Assembly: GCA_950097015.1 (NCBI GenBank)
Contig: CATNEN010000001.1
Location: 14,508,001-14,572,000 of the forward strand
DNA length: 64,000 nt
DNA from: Macrostomum hystrix
Taxonomy: Eukaryota > Animalia > Platyhelminthes
Direction: 5' to 3'
The notes beneath the pieces are model-generated. The model saw only the letters and a program-made list of their open reading frames with translations. It was not told the DNA's origin and did no database searches. Shown piece by piece: positions 62,302 through 64,000 of this stretch. Both the position numbers and the translations under genes were made by a program. How positions within the stretch are numbered: the stretch's first letter is position 1; each line of letters begins with the position of its first letter.

Positions 62302-62864
62302 CTAGTCGGCGGGCGGTAGAAGCGCAGACGAAGAAGTGGAAAATGTAGACGAAGTTGGCGAAGCTGATAAAGACGACGCGGCCGCAATGAGGCAGTCCAG
62401 ATCGGAGCCCTCCCTGCTCAAAGCGCTGCCACCAAGGCTGGGCAGTTGGTTGCCTGGCAACAGCGGCGGCGGCGGCGGCAACGGCAATTCGGCCAGATTT
62501 TCGTCGTCGAAGTCTTCGCAGTTGTCGATGCTGTCTTCGTGAGGCTCGTCAGACTCGGATTGTCTAGCCAGCCCAGTCACTTGGCGGCTAGTGTCCTGCC
62601 ATTTCTCAACGGACCTTCGCCTGGCGTTCATGAAGTAGTTGTTGACGGTGGACAGTTCCAGGCCAAGCTGCTCGGCGATGCTCACCTGCACCAATTTGGG
62701 AGGCCGGCGAGTCTTCTTGAAGATGGCGTCCAAAGTCCGGCGCTGAATGTCTGTGAATACGATTCGCGACTTCTTGGCCGGAGGCGGGCCCGGCGAAGGC
62801 GGCGCTTGGAAAATAGGCTGCTGACACCCGGTAGGCGCTGGCAGCGAGTCTTGGCGATTGACGG
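62302..62864 (-). CDS. onecut: ONECUT homeobox transcription factor, last exon (homeodomain)
   Basis: KKSRIVFTDIQRRTLDAIFKKTRRPPKLVQVSIAEQLGLELSTVNNYFMNARRRS (M50 ONECUT signature); acceptor tcgcAG at 62865, phase 1. Confidence 0.92.
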
Positions 62865-62999
62865 CTGCGAAATACAGATCGATGAAATCTATACCTATAT
62901 ATACTACTACTTCTGACTGCCTAGTAGTAAGCTAAGCAGGCGGCTATCTATTTTCTAGTGTAAAAGGACATAGAAGGGTAACAGGGAGACGGGAAAAAG

Positions 63000-63930
63000 C
63001 AACTGAGGCCCTGAAGGAATGGGGGAAGGAAGATAGGAAACTGAAGCCCTAAAGGAACCGGGGGGAAGGAATATAGGAAACTGAGGCCCTAAAGGAACCC
63101 GGGGGGAAGGAAGATAGGAAACTAAGGCCCTGAAGGAACCGGGGTGAAGGGAGATAGGAAACTGAGGCCCTGAAGTAACCGGGGGGAAGGGAGATAGGAA
63201 ACTGAGGCCCTGAAGGAACCCGGGGGAAGGAATATAGGAAACTGAGGCCCTGAAGGAACCGGGGGGAAGGAAGATAGGAAACTGAGGCCCTGAAGGAACC
63301 GGGGGCAAGGAAGATAGGAAACTGAGGCCCTGAAGTAACCGGGGGGAAGGGAGATAGGAAACTGAGGCCCTGAAGGAACCCGGGGGAAGGAAGATAGGAA
63401 ACTGAGGCCCTGAAGGAACCGGGGGGAAGGGAGATAGGAAACTGAGGCCCTGAAGGAACCCGGGGGAAGGAATATAGGAAACTGAGGCCCTGAAGGAACC
63501 GGGGGGAAGGAAGATAGGAAACTGAGGCCCTGAAGGAACCGGGGGCAAGGAAGATAGGAAACTGAGGCCCTGAAGTAACCGGGGGGAAGGGAGATAGGAA
63601 ACTGAGGCCCTGAAGGAACCGGGGGCAAGGAAGATAGGAAACTGAGGCCCTGAAGGAACCGGGGGGAAGGGAGTTAGGAAACTGAGGCCCTGAAGGAACC
63701 GGGGTGAAGGGAGATAGGAAACTGAGGCCCTGAAGGAACCGGGGGCAAGGAAGATAGGAAACTGAGGCCCTGAAGGAACCGGGGGGAAGGGAGTTAGGAA
63801 ACTGAGGCCCTGAAGGAACCGGGGTGAAGGGAGATAGGAAACTGAGGCCCTGAAGGAACCGGGGTGAAGGGAGATAGGAAACTGAGGCCCTGAAGGAACC
63901 GGGGTGAAGGGAGATAGGAAACTGAGGCCA
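63000..63930. repeat. 40-bp G-rich minisatellite (GGAAACTGAGGCCCTGAAGGAACCGGGGGGAAGGGAGATA)n filling the ONECUT intron
   Basis: Direct inspection, ~23 copies. Confidence 0.95.
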
Positions 63931-63946
63931 TAGACATAAGCCTTAC

Positions 63947-64000
63947 CAGCCAATCGCAGGAATGAAACCCGCTGCATAACGGGTTCCTGAAGCCAGCGCC
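63947..64000 (-). CDS. onecut: ONECUT exon (end of CUT domain), partial, continuing beyond the window
   Basis: RWLQEPVMQRVSFLRLA matches the ONECUT CUT-domain end KWLQEPEFQRMSALRLA; donor G|GTAAGG at 63946. Confidence 0.85.

Noticed and set aside
9839-63977. Many long low-complexity ORFs (SHLSRVSSLPCLISPV, SLSAAV, STVYSLH, CSCVLMCAHV, QQMEPVR, CCLTGSI, PSCPSG, PVPSGPQF)
   Set aside because: They are translations of stop-free minisatellites, often open in several frames and lying in introns or intergenic DNA.

Overview
Eukaryotic (metazoan) genomic DNA, not prokaryotic. It has GT-AG spliced genes with GC-rich exons, AT-rich spacers and about 25 separate minisatellite or satellite arrays covering roughly 28 kb (~44%) of the window. 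This style suggests a free-living flatworm such as Macrostomum, but that is inference only. Eight genes were reconstructed by hand with phase-consistent splice sites: an ankyrin-repeat/Ser-Thr kinase (3 exons, -); an adjacent ankyrin-only paralog (-); an intronless phospholipase B-like 1 (+); a 6-exon TIKI/TRABD2 Wnt-inactivating metalloprotease (+); a rhodopsin-class peptide-type GPCR (2 exons, -); a PAP2/PLPP lipid phosphate phosphatase (2 exons, -); an FMRFamide-receptor-like GPCR (3 exons, +); and the 3' part of a ONECUT homeobox gene (-, running off the window). Mobile DNA includes a full-length tRNA-headed CORE-like SINE with an 8-bp target-site duplication plus fragments, a second SINE-like family, a decayed non-LTR retrotransposon 3' end and a MITE-like foldback. 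The most notable observations are: (i) the ankyrin-only + ankyrin-kinase tandem, with atypical 35/36-aa repeats and an HRDINCSN catalytic loop; (ii) most long introns carry their own minisatellite close to a splice site; (iii) several repeat units are tandem splice-site consensus sequences, e.g. ~36 copies, most with CAG|GTGAGT; (iv) arrays adjoin SINE fragments, and one 16-bp family is dispersed in both orientations. Most long ORFs in the supplied track are repeat-translation artefacts.
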